From positions 158 through 64,157 of the forward strand of contig JAUCBJ010000607.1 of assembly GCA_032718475.1 (NCBI GenBank): a stretch of DNA of 64,000 nucleotides, read 5' to 3'. Below the pieces are notes generated by a model, which made no database searches, was not told the origin of the DNA, and saw only the letters and a program-made list of their open reading frames with translations. A program made the translations under genes and the position numbers. Shown here in pieces: positions 50,486 through 62,987 of the stretch (position 1 is the stretch's first letter; every line of letters starts with the position of its first letter). Source of the DNA: Nemertoderma westbladi (taxonomy: Eukaryota; Animalia; Xenacoelomorpha).

Positions 50486-51438
50486 ATGAAATTCCAACAA
50501 ATTCCGCTGCTGCAATCATTGGAGGTGTTGTTGGATGTGGATTTGCAGTGATTGTTATAGTCGTATTGGCATTTATTTTACTCAAAAGATATCGGAATAG
50601 AAAACCTCGTAGTCCTGTCTACGGGGACACAGTTGTATATGGACTGGATGGTCCAGCTAACATCCCGAGTCACCCCTATGAAGAATTAGAGATACCAGCC
50701 ATTCGAGCTTCAAACAATCGGTCATTAGCCACTGAGAGTTTTCAAAACCAACCAGTCAATGAGAACTATCTAAATCCACCAGCCAATTGGATAACTATAA
50801 CTCAAACAGCCAATGAGTCTCATGCCAATCTTACTCCTCTTACCTCCAGTAGTCGAGATGATCAGATAACAAATGAAGAGCATCCCTATGATACTATCGA
50901 TGAATCTAAAGTTGGTAGAAACAAGGTAACTACAGAAACTGATACAAATTGCCAGAACATAAACACTGTGGAGAATACCAACATAGTAGTGGAGGGGAGA
51001 GGGCGAGGGAATACCAACACAGAGGAGGGGAGAGGGCGAGAGAATAGCAACACAGTAGTGGAGGGGAGAAGGCGAGAGAATACCAACACAGTAGTGGAGG
51101 GGAGAGGGCCAGAGAATACCAACACAGTAGTGGAGGGGAGAGGGCCAGAGAATACCAACACAGTAGTGGAGGGGAGAGGGCCAGAGAATACCAACACAGA
51201 GGAGGGGAGAGAACAAGAGAATAGCAACACAGTGGTGGGGAGAGTTTATGTTAACCAATCACAAGTAGCGGAAGCCTCAATGAACAACCAATCAGATAAC
51301 CGTGCATGCATGAGTAAGACAGTATCCCCAATATATGTCAACCAATCAGAAGTTACCGGAGCTGGAATAATCAACCAATCCGCATTGAATGAGGACAATC
51401 GGGACTATTTAAATGCTAAGGAAGTCTATGGAATCTAG
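50486..51438 (+). CDS. IgSF receptor terminal exon D: transmembrane helix + tyrosine-motif cytoplasmic tail
   Basis: Acceptor tatatttttag|at (phase 1, matches the C donors); TM AAAIIGGVVGCGFAVIVIVVLAFILL followed by KRYRNRK; motifs YEEL, YLNP, YDTI, YVNQ x2, YLNA; stop at 51438; AATAAA at 51515. Confidence 0.87.
50968..51243 (+). repeat. Coding 33/36-bp tandem repeat in the cytoplasmic tail (NTNTVVEGRGPE-like, about 8 copies)
   Basis: Frame-preserving repeat visible in both DNA and translation. Confidence 0.9.
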
Positions 51439-51622
51439 TAATGGATCGAATGAGATAACTATACAACTTGTCCGACTTTTCTATTTAGTATTCTAAAATA
51501 TATTTATATGGTTGAATAAATTGTTTATACTAAGTATAGCTGAAAAATTATTTCGGGTCCAAAAATATTGATGAAATTTTGCAGTTTCGACAATATTTAG
51601 TATTCCATTGGTGTTATATTTG

Positions 51623-54600
51623 GGATAGTAAAATTTACTGACAGTTGTTACCGGTTATTAGCAGTTATCCAATCTTTGCACAGGCTATCCAACAGTTATC
51701 CAATTTTTGTACAGGCTATCCAACAGTTATCCAATCTGTGCACTGGCTATCCAACAGTTATCCAATCTGTGCACTGGCTATCCAACAGTTATCGAATATG
51801 AATTTAAAATGGCGAAAAAAAGTTTTGTACCAGTACCACGTACTGATATCAGGATATGCAGCCTTTGTTATAGTACCAGTATTGTATTTATGGGCTGACC
51901 GATTATACCGGAACCGAACCCTGGAATGGTTTCCGTCTTGTCTTCGGATTTCCTTCTGACGACGTAGAATCAAATGCGTGCCTGTTGGCGCTTCCTAACA
52001 TTGTTGCCTGTGTAACGAAGAACATTGGCGTATATCGAAAATATTGAGTGATGAAAGTCGTTTGTTCGTCCCCATCCTCCGTCAATGTTTCCCAACATAC
52101 CAATGTCCGTCGTCCCCTCTCCATAGGCCTACCTCATCCCAGTCACTGTGGTACAACAATGGACATGGTTGTTACTCGCGATGACAATCGGTGTATTATT
52201 GGCGATGACTAGATGAGCCAATAGAGAGAAGGTCCAGTCCAGTCGCTCTACTACTACTAGGATCGGCATGCTGCATTGCAGCTGCATTTTTAAGAATGCT
52301 GTGCCTGCTTGTCGACAAAATTGCGCCGCCACAACTCCCTATCGCCCATGACATTTGCTAGATCATCCGCATCTTCAAGGCCAGTGTCCTTTAAGATGCG
52401 TCTCAAGAAAGTCATGGGCTGTCCACCATGCTTATTCACTCCATGAGGGTGCCAAAGTACAAGATTATGCATTGGCTGGTCCTCACGGCGAAAGCAATGT
52501 CCTGCAAAGCGGAGGCGATTTTATTCTAGTGTCAAGCTTGGGGGAATCAATGAGACACCTCCAATTTTATATAGTGTCTGGTTTGGTTATGTGTGCATTG
52601 TACTTGACACAATGAACCCGGCGTAGCATTCTTGTGAATGTGCCATCCAGAGATTTGGTGTCCTCAGCAGTTAGAGCCCAGCATGGACTCCCATAGAGGA
52701 GTACTGGAACTACTGCTGCTCTAAATAATCGGACCTTAAGTTTCCGATTAATTCTCGGTGACTTCCAAATCCTGGAAAGCCTATTCAAGGTTGCCCATTC
52801 CTTTCCCTTACGTATTCGAAGGTCCTCACCTGACTTCCGGATCCATGATCCCAGGTAACAAAAGTCGTCCACATGCTCAAGCATACCATCCTTTGAGCTT
52901 AAGCTCATCCGATCAGAGACTAGCTGAGGACTTTCAAAGTTAACTGTCAAAATTTTGGTCTTTCTGGAGTTAATTCAAAGACCAACACTAGAGGCAGCAT
53001 GTTCTAATGAGCTGATGAGCCGTTGGGCTCCCTCTAGTGATTCTGAGAGTACTCCTAAGTCATCAGCAAAGTCCAGATCAGTTAGGTACTTGGCAGGATT
53101 TTCTCGACTTCTGGGGCCAGTAGGTGGAGTTATCATTACCCCATCATCATTATGATGATCTAAGGACATGCGTAGAACATGTGTCTCCCTGGAGGACGCC
53201 CGATAACACTTAAAATGGTTCTGTGTCACCGTCAACAGTAGACACAAATGTTGTCGAATCATCGTATACTGATCTGATTGCTGCAATAATTTCATCAGGA
53301 ATCCCATATAATGAAAGTATGCTGAACATACGTGAGCGAGAGACTGAATCAAAGGCCTTGAAGAAGTTAACAAAGAAAATAGCCAGATGCCGCCTGCCTT
53401 TCTTTTTTGATAACTCTTCAATTATCCTTCTAAGTGCCAAAATGGGCTCCATGGTCCCACGACCTTTACGGAACCCATTCTGATTTCCACGGAGCAGTCT
53501 CTCAATGGGATCCCTGATGCGATTTATTTAATAGAAATATATTGTATAGCTTTGCAGCAATCGAGATCAATGACATTCCCCGAAAATAACCATAGAGTGT
53601 TAGGTTGCCCTTCTTGGGAACTGGCACCAACTTATTTATTTTCATTACTTGTGGGACTCTTGTTGTTCGGTACATGTCTACTATGATGGGATAGATGAGC
53701 TTTAAACACTCAGGTATTTTAAAGACCTCAGGGGGAACACCATCTACTCCACTGGCACGATTGGTCTTAATGCTCTTCGCAGCAGCCTTCACTTCTGCGA
53801 AGGAGATATCGCCAATGGGAATATCTGGGAGTACAGACTCAGACACTTTTACTTCTATAAAGTTATCAGGCAATACCCTGTCATTATTGAGGAGCTTTGC
53901 AAAGTGGGCCTTCCAACCATTGAGGCGATCGGCTGGTGATTCAGCCTTAACATTGGTGGTTGGTTCGCTTTTCCGCCCAGTAATCAAGTTAATCGATTTC
54001 CATGCCTGGGATGATTGCCAGCATCATTGATGGCATCAACCTGTTGGTTTATTAGCTCCTGTAGATTAACAGAGTACTGCCTGTTCAGGGACCTAGATAC
54101 AGCCTTAACTTCATTCTTGGACGCTGTAGTCTGTATGAGTCAGGACTCTTTCTGCGCCTTATAGAGGTCATTTCGGCACTTCTAAATTTTGTTGTCAGTC
54201 CAGGGGGCCCTTTTCCTGTTTCGAGGGTATACAGGAACTGTTTCTGCAGCTGCTAACTCAACTGCTTCTGTGAAGGCAGTATAGCTCTCGCAGTGATCTC
54301 CCGCCTCAGAGGCAAGAACCTCATACCTGTTGTGCTCAGCTGTAGCTCAAATGTCATGGGTGATAGGGAGTTGTGGCGGCGCAATTTTGTCGACAAGCCG
54401 GCACAGCATACTTAATAAGCAGCTGCAATGCAGCATGCAGATCCTAGTAGATGAGCCAATAGAGAGAAGGTCCAGTCCAGTCGCTCAGTGAACTGTAGAG
54501 CTTCGAAAGAACAACGCTACTAACTACTGGAAGGCGGGATTAATTTCTTAAATGATGATTATTAATTAGGCCTAATTAATTAAAAATCGGTCAGCCCATA

Positions 54601-55866
54601 AAGACAATACTATATATAACAATAGATGCTATCCTGATCTCAGTTTAGCCATAGTATATGGTACTGGTACAACTATAAAATTATTTCAAGGAGACCTGCT
54701 CTTTATAAATGTAAAATTGAAATCCCAGACAGCCGTGAGACCTTTGCCTTTTTAAATACATTTTCGATAATTGTTGGATAGCCTCTGCAAAAATTGGATA
54801 ACTGTTGGATAGCCTGTGCAAACATTGGATATCTGTTGGATAGCCTGTGCAAAAATTGGATAACTGTTTGATAGCCTGTGCAAAAATTGGATAACTGTTG
54901 GATAGCCTGTGCAAAAATTGGATATATGTTGGATAGCCTGTGCAAAAATTGGATAACTGTTGGATAGCCTGTGCAAAAATTGGATAACTGTTGGATAGCC
55001 TGTGCAAAAATTGGATATATGTTGGATAGCCTGTGCAAAAATTGGATAACTGTTGGATAACCTGTGCAAAAATTGGATAACAGTTGGATAGCCTGTGCAA
55101 AAATTGGATAACTGTTGGATAGCCTGCGCAAGAATTGGATAACTGTTGGATAGCCTGTGCAAAAATTGGATAACTGTTGGATAGCCTGTGAAAAAATTGG
55201 ATAACTGTTGGATAGCCTGTGCAAAAATTGGATAACTGTTGGATAGCCTGTGCAAAAATTAGATAACTGTTGGATAGCCTGTGCAATAATTGGATAACTG
55301 TTGGATAGGCTGAGCAAAAATTGGATAACTGTTGGATAGCCTGTGCAAAGATTGGATAACTGTTGGATAGCCTGTGCAAAAATTGGATAACTGTTGGATA
55401 GCCTGTGCAAAAATTGGATAACTGTTGGATAGCCTGTGCAAAAATTGGATAACTGTTGGATAGCCTGTGCAAAAATTGGATAACTGTTGGATAGGCTGTG
55501 CAAAAATTGGATAACTGTTGGATAGCCTGTGCAAAGATTGGATAACTGTTGGATAGCCTGTGCAAAAATTGGATAATTGTTGGATAGCCTGTGCAAAAAT
55601 TGGATAACTGTTGGATAGCCTGTGCAAAAATTGGATAACTGTTGGATAGCCTGTGCAAAAATTGGATAACTGTTGGATAGCCTGTGCAAAAATTGGATAA
55701 CTGTTGGATAGGCTGTGCAAAAATTGGATAACTGTTGGATAGCCTGTGCAAAGATTGGATAACTGTTGGATAGCCTGTGCAAAAATTGGATAACTGTTGG
55801 ATAGCCTGTGCAAAAATTGGATAACTGTTAATAACGGGTAACAACTGTCAGTAAATATTACTATCC
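51623..55866. mobile_element. Foldback-type element: long inverted arms containing 31-bp tandem repeats
   Basis: The left arm (51623-51904) and right arm (54585-55866) are reverse complements in both the outer unique part (ggatagtaa.atttactgacagttgttacc.gttatta) and the inner part (tatgggctgaccgatt). The unit gcacaggctatccaacagttatccaattttt occurs about 4 times on the left and about 34 times on the right. Confidence 0.78.
52249..54447 (-). mobile_element. 5'-truncated, degenerate RTE-like LINE with 39-bp target duplication
   Basis: RT motifs ASGVDGVP, KKGNL..FRGMSL, FFKAFDSV, LDFADDL, DDFCYLGS across frameshifts; (tag)n tail; direct repeat tagatgagcc...agtcgctc at 52210-52248 and 54448-54486. 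Confidence 0.85.
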
Positions 55867-56354
55867 TTATTTTTTATTATATTTGATATCTTTTTTATTT
55901 TAAAATTATTATTTTGTAACATATTTTCTCTCTCATTATTTCTTTCAAATCGCCGAAGTCGTAGAATATTAGGGATTTTCTCCAATCGGGGACTCAACAT
56001 AAATCTACCATATTGTTACTATTTCCCTGCCATTCATGCCAAAGAGGAAGTTACATTTGGCCCCAGAATTTAATATAAAACTTGGCAAACAAACGTTCAA
56101 CTATAATATATTTTATAGCTTCCGTGTTTATTGTTTATATTACTTGTTGTATTTTGGTTGAAATATTTTGTTATAACATTTAAAAATAAAGTATTTTTAT
56201 TTTATTATTGAAACATATAATGGGTATACTAATGTACTGACTACTTCGGCCCTTAAATAAAATCTGTTGTCCACAAGGCAACTTTCACATTTCATCTTAA
56301 ATATATCCATAACATCCACTTTTTATCGTCCAATCTCAGCATTGACATTTAATC

Positions 56355-57968
56355 ACACGTTCGTGGGACCTTCGCGCAGCACGAGGCCCAGTTATGGGAT
56401 ACAAATTAAAATTGTGCGACTGTATCACAAAATCAGGTTATGAGAGATTAACCCACACCACCAAATATTCAAAGAAAGGGGGACAGTACGTGTTCACCCC
56501 TTTTAATCTCCCCCCCCCCCCCTCCCCCCACCCACCAATACATAACCGCGACATCTACCACCCACGGAAGGGTAGCACGAACTTATTTCCAAACGCACGT
56601 TCAATATGCAAAGCCAGGTGGTTTATAGGAACATAATCAATGCAGTACTCGTCTTCATTATAAGCCTCATTGCGTTCGACCTGTTTTGTATTAAAATATA
56701 TTTATTAAACGCAGGCTGACGCTCTTTATAATAATAATACCTAGGGATGCCAGCTTCCAGACTTTCAATCTTTACTGCCGCGTAAACCCCGCAGAGGAAG
56801 TTTTGGTTTGAGAGATCAAGCCCATGTTTCAAGCCCATGCCGTGTTTCAATTTCGGTCCAAGAACTCTGACAATGGAAGCATTCAATCTTAGCTGTGGTC
56901 CATTCCCGTGGTTTCGGCTTCCTTTTCTTCGTCCCAATGACAGATTCTTCTGAAGACGTTCGATTCGCTTTCAGTTTATTGTTGGCGTTTGTGTTTTGAA
57001 GTTGTATTCGAGTGGACAGTCGCGCCGGTTTCGAGGTAACCATACCGACCTGTGATAAGCGTTGGTTTTGTTGAGTGCCGGTATTCATCTTCTCTCACCT
57101 CTTCAATGTCAGATGTTGCAAATACTGATAACACGAATAACGGTATATATTTCAATACTTGTCAATAGAAATATATATAATTTAGGTAACTATTTTATAT
57201 CTGTACTGTTGAGCAAACTCTACATAAATTCCAACCTGTATATCGCCGGTAGTGCTGTTGCTGTGAAAGTGCTGAAGTGCTATTTGCCAACGGTCAGCCG
57301 GTACCGGTAGTAGGGTGGTACCTACGGTGCGCACTACAACGGCAGTACAGCAATACGGTGTACCGTGCCAATGCAGCAATGACTGAATGATTAGCGGTAA
57401 CTATCTAAACTCTTATATTATTATTACCGGTGCCGGTACTGGCTAATTAGGCCTAAACTATAATCACCGCAAGGTTTGCCGGGGCCATGTTTAATTAGAT
57501 TACATGATATGCCATGTCTGCAGTGTATGGTACCGGCTGACCAGTATTTCAGTATTGACTGATTGCAGGATTCTCGATTCAGGGATTGAGTACAGCCTGA
57601 CAGTACCGGTACACATGGTACATGCAGATTGGAAATGTATGTATTGCAAAATTTGTCAGAAACCCAGCTGATTTATCCTACAGTAATAATAATTTAACGC
57701 ATTTTAAATTTGGATAAATAAATTTATTATAACTGCAATAACAGTTACACTGATGCTGCACGAAGGCCCCACGCAAATTCTACTTGGAAAATTTTAAACT
57801 TTTGCCAAACAACATGTGTACCAAGTTTGGATAGATTTCATCAAGAATTGGCCGAGTTATTAACGTTTAAAATAAAATACTGAAAAAAAAACGCGACAGA
57901 ACGGCAGAACGACAGGTTGATTAATGGTACCCCTACGCTAAGGCTCACTCACTTCGTGGCTCGCCCCA
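56355..57968. mobile_element. Second member of the element family at 7961-8702
   Basis: Shares both termini and the catgtgtaccaagtttgg..atttcatc block. An internal cgaaggccccacg (57761) is an inverted copy of the left-end motif. Confidence 0.5.
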
Positions 57969-58929
57969 CAGAAATACCACAGAATTCACCCAATATAGTA
58001 AGTAAGTAAGATATGCTCTATTAGAAAGATGTCTATTCAACAGTTCATCTCTATATGTTACTACAAGTCAGCCATGGATATGTATGTATTTATTGACTAT
58101 TAGTAGATTATATAGAGATTGTGAATAAATACGTAAGATAATAATGATATGTTAAGTAATTTAGTTTACATAATAATTAATTAGTCCAAAGAAAATACAG
58201 CGTATGAAGTTGATCATATAAAAACAGGTAAATTGAGAATTAAGTAATAACAACGAAAGACAATGAATTTAAAAGCGGGAGGGAGTCAGGCAATGTAATT
58301 TAACATATATATTTGATACATATAGCCGCAGCATTAACAATATATAGGACTCCATAAAGACAACCAGTAGTCCCTCGAAACAGTAATGCTATCAAAATGC
58401 TAATTAACTAATAAAGTTCACTATTTATATAGAGAAATTTTTATTCGAAAAAGGAAATTTAATGTCTATGTAGGTAGAAAAGGAAGTACAAATTATAGAA
58501 CTTTATACCACGTTCGTAAAAAAAACAAAATTTATTTTCATTTCCATCAGGACAAGACCCCTGTACCTAAACCACCCTGTTGTACTAATTTGCTAACTGA
58601 TACAACTTACACGCCATGCTGTCATTGATTGATTAATAATTATTGTTATATCGTAAATTGAAACAATTATTCACAAAAAGAGTGGCGGCCCTCGAAACAA
58701 ACAGCAATGCTATTAAAATACTGCTGTCAATTGTTGGTTAATAATTAATATTATATCGTAAATAATAAGTATTATTGGATTATAGAGTTTGAGTTTATAA
58801 TTTAAATATCTTTTATATATAATTTTATATTGATTAAAAACGGTTTACTGTTACTTCTAAGTTAAGTTGTAGGAGGGAAGTTAAAATGTCGTGAGGATAT
58901 TTAATCTGTAAGTGTTAGTCTCAATAACA

Positions 58930-59091
58930 ATGAAATCATTACTGATATTACTGATACTAACTGATGTTATTCTGGGGTTCAAGTATAATGGATATAAACT
59001 AGTCGAACCAGATGGATCTAAATTTACTAGAGAATGTTTATTTAAAGAAGAAAGAAATAGTATTAGAGTACAAGTTGATTTTATTATATAA
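58930..59091 (+). pseudogene. Exon A copy A3, 5' fragment only
   Basis: MKSLLILLILTDVILGFKYNGYKLVEPDGSKFTRECLFKEERNSIRVQVDFII*; homology stops at about 59088. Confidence 0.85.
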
Positions 59092-59209
59092 AATTCCTGC
59101 TGTGTTTCTACGCAATCTTTGTACCTGGTTAGCCTCGTCGCTGTCAAAATAATTTCAGCAGTCTTTTGACCTCGGTATTGTCCCGGCTGCTTATTGGCGG
59201 CTTGCCCAT

Positions 59210-59323
59210 GTGATCCCATTGTATAAAAACAAAGTTTCACGATCTGTTGCCAGTAACTATCGGCCTATATCACTGACGTCCCTTCTAGTAAAACTGATGG
59301 AGACGGTTATCAGAAATGAAATT
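59210..59323 (+). mobile_element. Short LINE RT fragment
   Basis: VIPLYKNKVSRSVASNYRPISLTSLLVKLMETVIRNEI contains the canonical NYRPISL motif. Confidence 0.8.
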
Positions 59324-61455
59324 TCCAATTAGGATTTATACGGCTGGGATAGAGTGACTGAGTAAACACAACCTTTCTAAACTTGGAAAGTATAATACTT
59401 ATCTGCAGTTTGGGCCTATCCCATTCAATAGCATTACTTGGCCATCTTTATCAATTTTTCATTAGCACCAGCTGGCGCTCTTATCATTACGTCTAATGGG
59501 GGTGTTATTAGTTTTAAGTCTATTTTTCATTCCGTTTAGGCTGAAACCAGACAAGTCTCTAACATAGCATATGTTGCATCTTACGGAGTCGCAGAGTAGT
59601 CTACAGTTCTCCAGTCTACCGCTAGATTTATATAGAGCTATATGAATTTAATCTCTGAAAGTGACCACCTTATCCAACATTGTTGTTTACAATCCTCTTA
59701 GGTTTATTATTTACAATCCTCTTAGGTTTATAATTTGATAGGTATCTACTACAGACGTAGGCTGTATCTTTACGGAGTCGTATGCATTCCCCAGTCTAAC
59801 GCTAGAGGGCTAAATGTCTGAAAGTGACCACGTCCTCCAACTTTGTTATTTACACTCAGTTTAAGCTGAATTCTGAAACTTGACAGTTATCTCAGCTGCG
59901 GTGTTTTGTTATGGTTTGGACCTGTTCTGTATGCAGTTCTCCAATCTGCCACACATTTCTTCACATAATATTCACTTACCATCTGAACATGCACTAGAAA
60001 GCTACTACTACTTTCTAATTGTTAATAATATTTCCCTGCCATTCATGCCAAAGAGGAAGTTACATTTGGCCCCAGAATTTAAAATAAAACTTGGCAAACA
60101 AACGTTCATATATAACAATATTTTCTAGTATCCGCGTTTACTGATTATATAGATATTTGTTGAATTTTGATTGATATATTTTGTTATAACATGTAAAATT
60201 AAAACATTTTTATTGAATTAGTGATGGGTCTACTGCTGTACTGACTACTTGGGCTCTTAAATAAAATATGTTTACATTTCAGCGCAAATTTAACCATGGT
60301 ATCCATTTGATCGCACAACCAGAGCATTGAAATTTAATAACAAAAGTAAAATGTACCCCATATTTCATTAATTTAATCTCGTAATATTTGCGTGGTTGGT
60401 TAGAAAGCTTTTTAACTGCAAAGCATTAATTTTTGTATGTTAGTACTAGAACACCATCGAGATGGCTTTAAACGAACCTGTCTAACACAGACTCCAAGAT
60501 ACAGATGGGAGTGGAAGATGCAAACCAAGAATGACTTGCATCAACCAAAAAACTGCCCCCCTCTAATGTAATATAACATTCACCTAGACAAACAAATCAT
60601 AATCACAATTATATACTGCGATGTGTGAAATGTTATCCATATCCGCAACCTGGGAAACGGCCCCAAAAGAGCAGTTTATTCTGCGGAGGGGTCTTTCTGT
60701 ATTAGATAAATAAAATAAAGAACACGAATTATTTATACCTAATACATTCTCAGTTAGCCTAATGCAAGCATCGGAGCAACCAATATAATGTACGTACATG
60801 TTCTAGCCTCCTATGAAAGTTTGTGAAATCTTCCATTAAGTCTACCCAACAGCCTGTTGGTATTCAGTTTTCTGATTTTGTTAGTTTAATCGACAGCTGT
60901 TGTAAACGTCCCAGATATACAATACAATACGATATAATTAATGTACGTAACTCCAATTGACAATAAGTAGTGAAATGTTGTTCAGCTGTAAAAGTGTAGT
61001 TCTAGGTATTTAATTTCGCGTTCCATAATGTATAATGTTGATAATATGCTAATATTTCGAATATCGCACATCGAGTCGTTCCCAACTTTTTTATTCAACA
61101 ACTAGATTCTAATTGATAAATCGTCGAATCGGCCATAGACTAGCATTACTGTGTGTTTCTGTTTAATATTTCACACAGCTGATAGCCTTCACACTCGACC
61201 CAAAGAGAATTAGTAATGTTACCCATACCAGGTCAATGAACGGTGTATTAAGTACTATTGCACTGTACTCTCATCTAATAATAATTGTTTTATTTAGAAT
61301 AGATAACAGAAACCCCTACCCTACAATTGCAAACACAGACACGTTAAATCTTTTTAATTAAAAGGAGGCTTTTTCCATGTTTTCTTTCTGACCAAAAAAT
61401 TTTTTTTTCGTAAACTGTACTGCCAATCGGTTCCCTATCAAAAGTAACGCAACAA

Positions 61456-62158
61456 TCGAACACAGTCGAAAATAGAAAGAGCACAAAAAAATAACACCGG
61501 TTACCAACTTTTAGATAAAATTAGCTACGCGTTGCTTTTCTATAAGAAAATTCCTGAAATTGTTGAATAAAATTGTCGCGAAATTAAATATTCATTTCTT
61601 ATCAGGTAGGCCTATCATTTGTTGTGTACTGCTGCACTGTATAACAAACTATGTAAGGAAGCCTACCGGGTACCTTACCGACACATATAGTAATAGTGGG
61701 TTAGCTAATAGGCCTGTTTGCCTGTGTACTGGAACTGCTTCGTCTGTAACTGATTGCTGAGGATATGAATTAGGAAGATATCCCGTTACCGTACGCACTG
61801 TACATGACGTACGGTACAACATAGGTACCGGTACCGGTACCTACCTGCTTACTGCTGTACTGGAATATAAAGAGCTGGGTCCCGGTTAGGTACCTACCCT
61901 GGCAGGTACCGCGGTAGGGATCTCTGTCCCGGTGGTAACAACACTTAACTTCGGCCTACTACTATGTACAATTATTAGTTGTCGGCTTAGGGTAGGCCTG
62001 ATGTGAAAATAAATGAATATTTAATTTCGCGACAATTTTATTCAATAATTTCGGGAATTTTCTTATAGAAAAGCAACGCGCGGCTAATTGTATCTAAAAG
62101 TTTGTACCCGCACCCGGTGCTATTTTTTTGTGCTCTTTCTATTTACGACTGTGTTCGA
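61456..62158. mobile_element. Palindromic MITE with ~145-bp imperfect TIRs
   Basis: tcgaacacagtcg.aaatagaaagagcacaaaaaaata...aattgtcgcgaaattaaatattcattt is mirrored at 62011-62158; no ORF; no clear TSD. Confidence 0.8.
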
Positions 62159-62987
62159 ATGTGTTCTGTAAAAATAACTATCCCATGTTTTGGCGACTGG
62201 GGGGGGGTAATTTTTTTTTGTTCCGCTATAACTCCGGAACGCTTTCTCCAAATTCGATGGGGTTTTTATTTTTCAACTTAATTTGATGTCCTCTTTCAGC
62301 CTATCCATGTTTCGAAACCCCAAACAGCGCCGTTCAAAAATTAATTTTTTCTAGTTTTAGAATTTTACAAATTTCAAAAAAGTTGCAGTATTTTATTAAC
62401 GCCTTTACGGAATTCGATAGCGTTATCAATTTTCATATTAAACGCGATATCCTGAATCTCACTAGCCTAGTTTCGCGTCACCAATCCCGAGACTTCATAC
62501 TTTTTGAGTAAATCTTTTTAGAATAATTTTTATTTAATTACATTCATTAGGATTTCGTATTACTAATTATTACTATTATTAATTAATGGAGTTTTCAATT
62601 TATTAACTAAACACGATCGCTAACTAACTAAACGCTAACTAAACTCGTTATCGCGCATCGGACCAGCATGTTTTCGAAATCCAAAACGAGGTCTTCACTT
62701 TTGCATGTTGATTTTGTTCTAGAATTAAGCAACTAATAGATCGAATTTATTAATAATTATTGTATGAAATATGATTGTATTTTTACATAATTAGTTCTAT
62801 ACATCGAAGCATAAAATATAAAACTGTAAAATTAATGTTTAATAACGCCAATTCGTAACCAGGCACTCTGATTTGTAACCGGGAACTTCAAATTGTTAAA
62901 AGAATCAGATTTGCAACTAGAAACTTAGATTTGTTACCAGGAACTCAATTTCGTAACCCCTACCAGTTATGCGTTTCTACAAAAGTA

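Noticed and set aside
6871-51438. Naming the gene as nephrin, Dscam or Alr
   Set aside because: Only the general architecture and the FN3 motif resemble these families; orthology cannot be supported without searches.
54681-55844. 387/359-aa repetitive ORFs (HRLSNSYPIFAQAIQQ...)
   Set aside because: A 31-bp non-triplet tandem repeat that happens to be stop-poor on one strand; it is part of a foldback arm.
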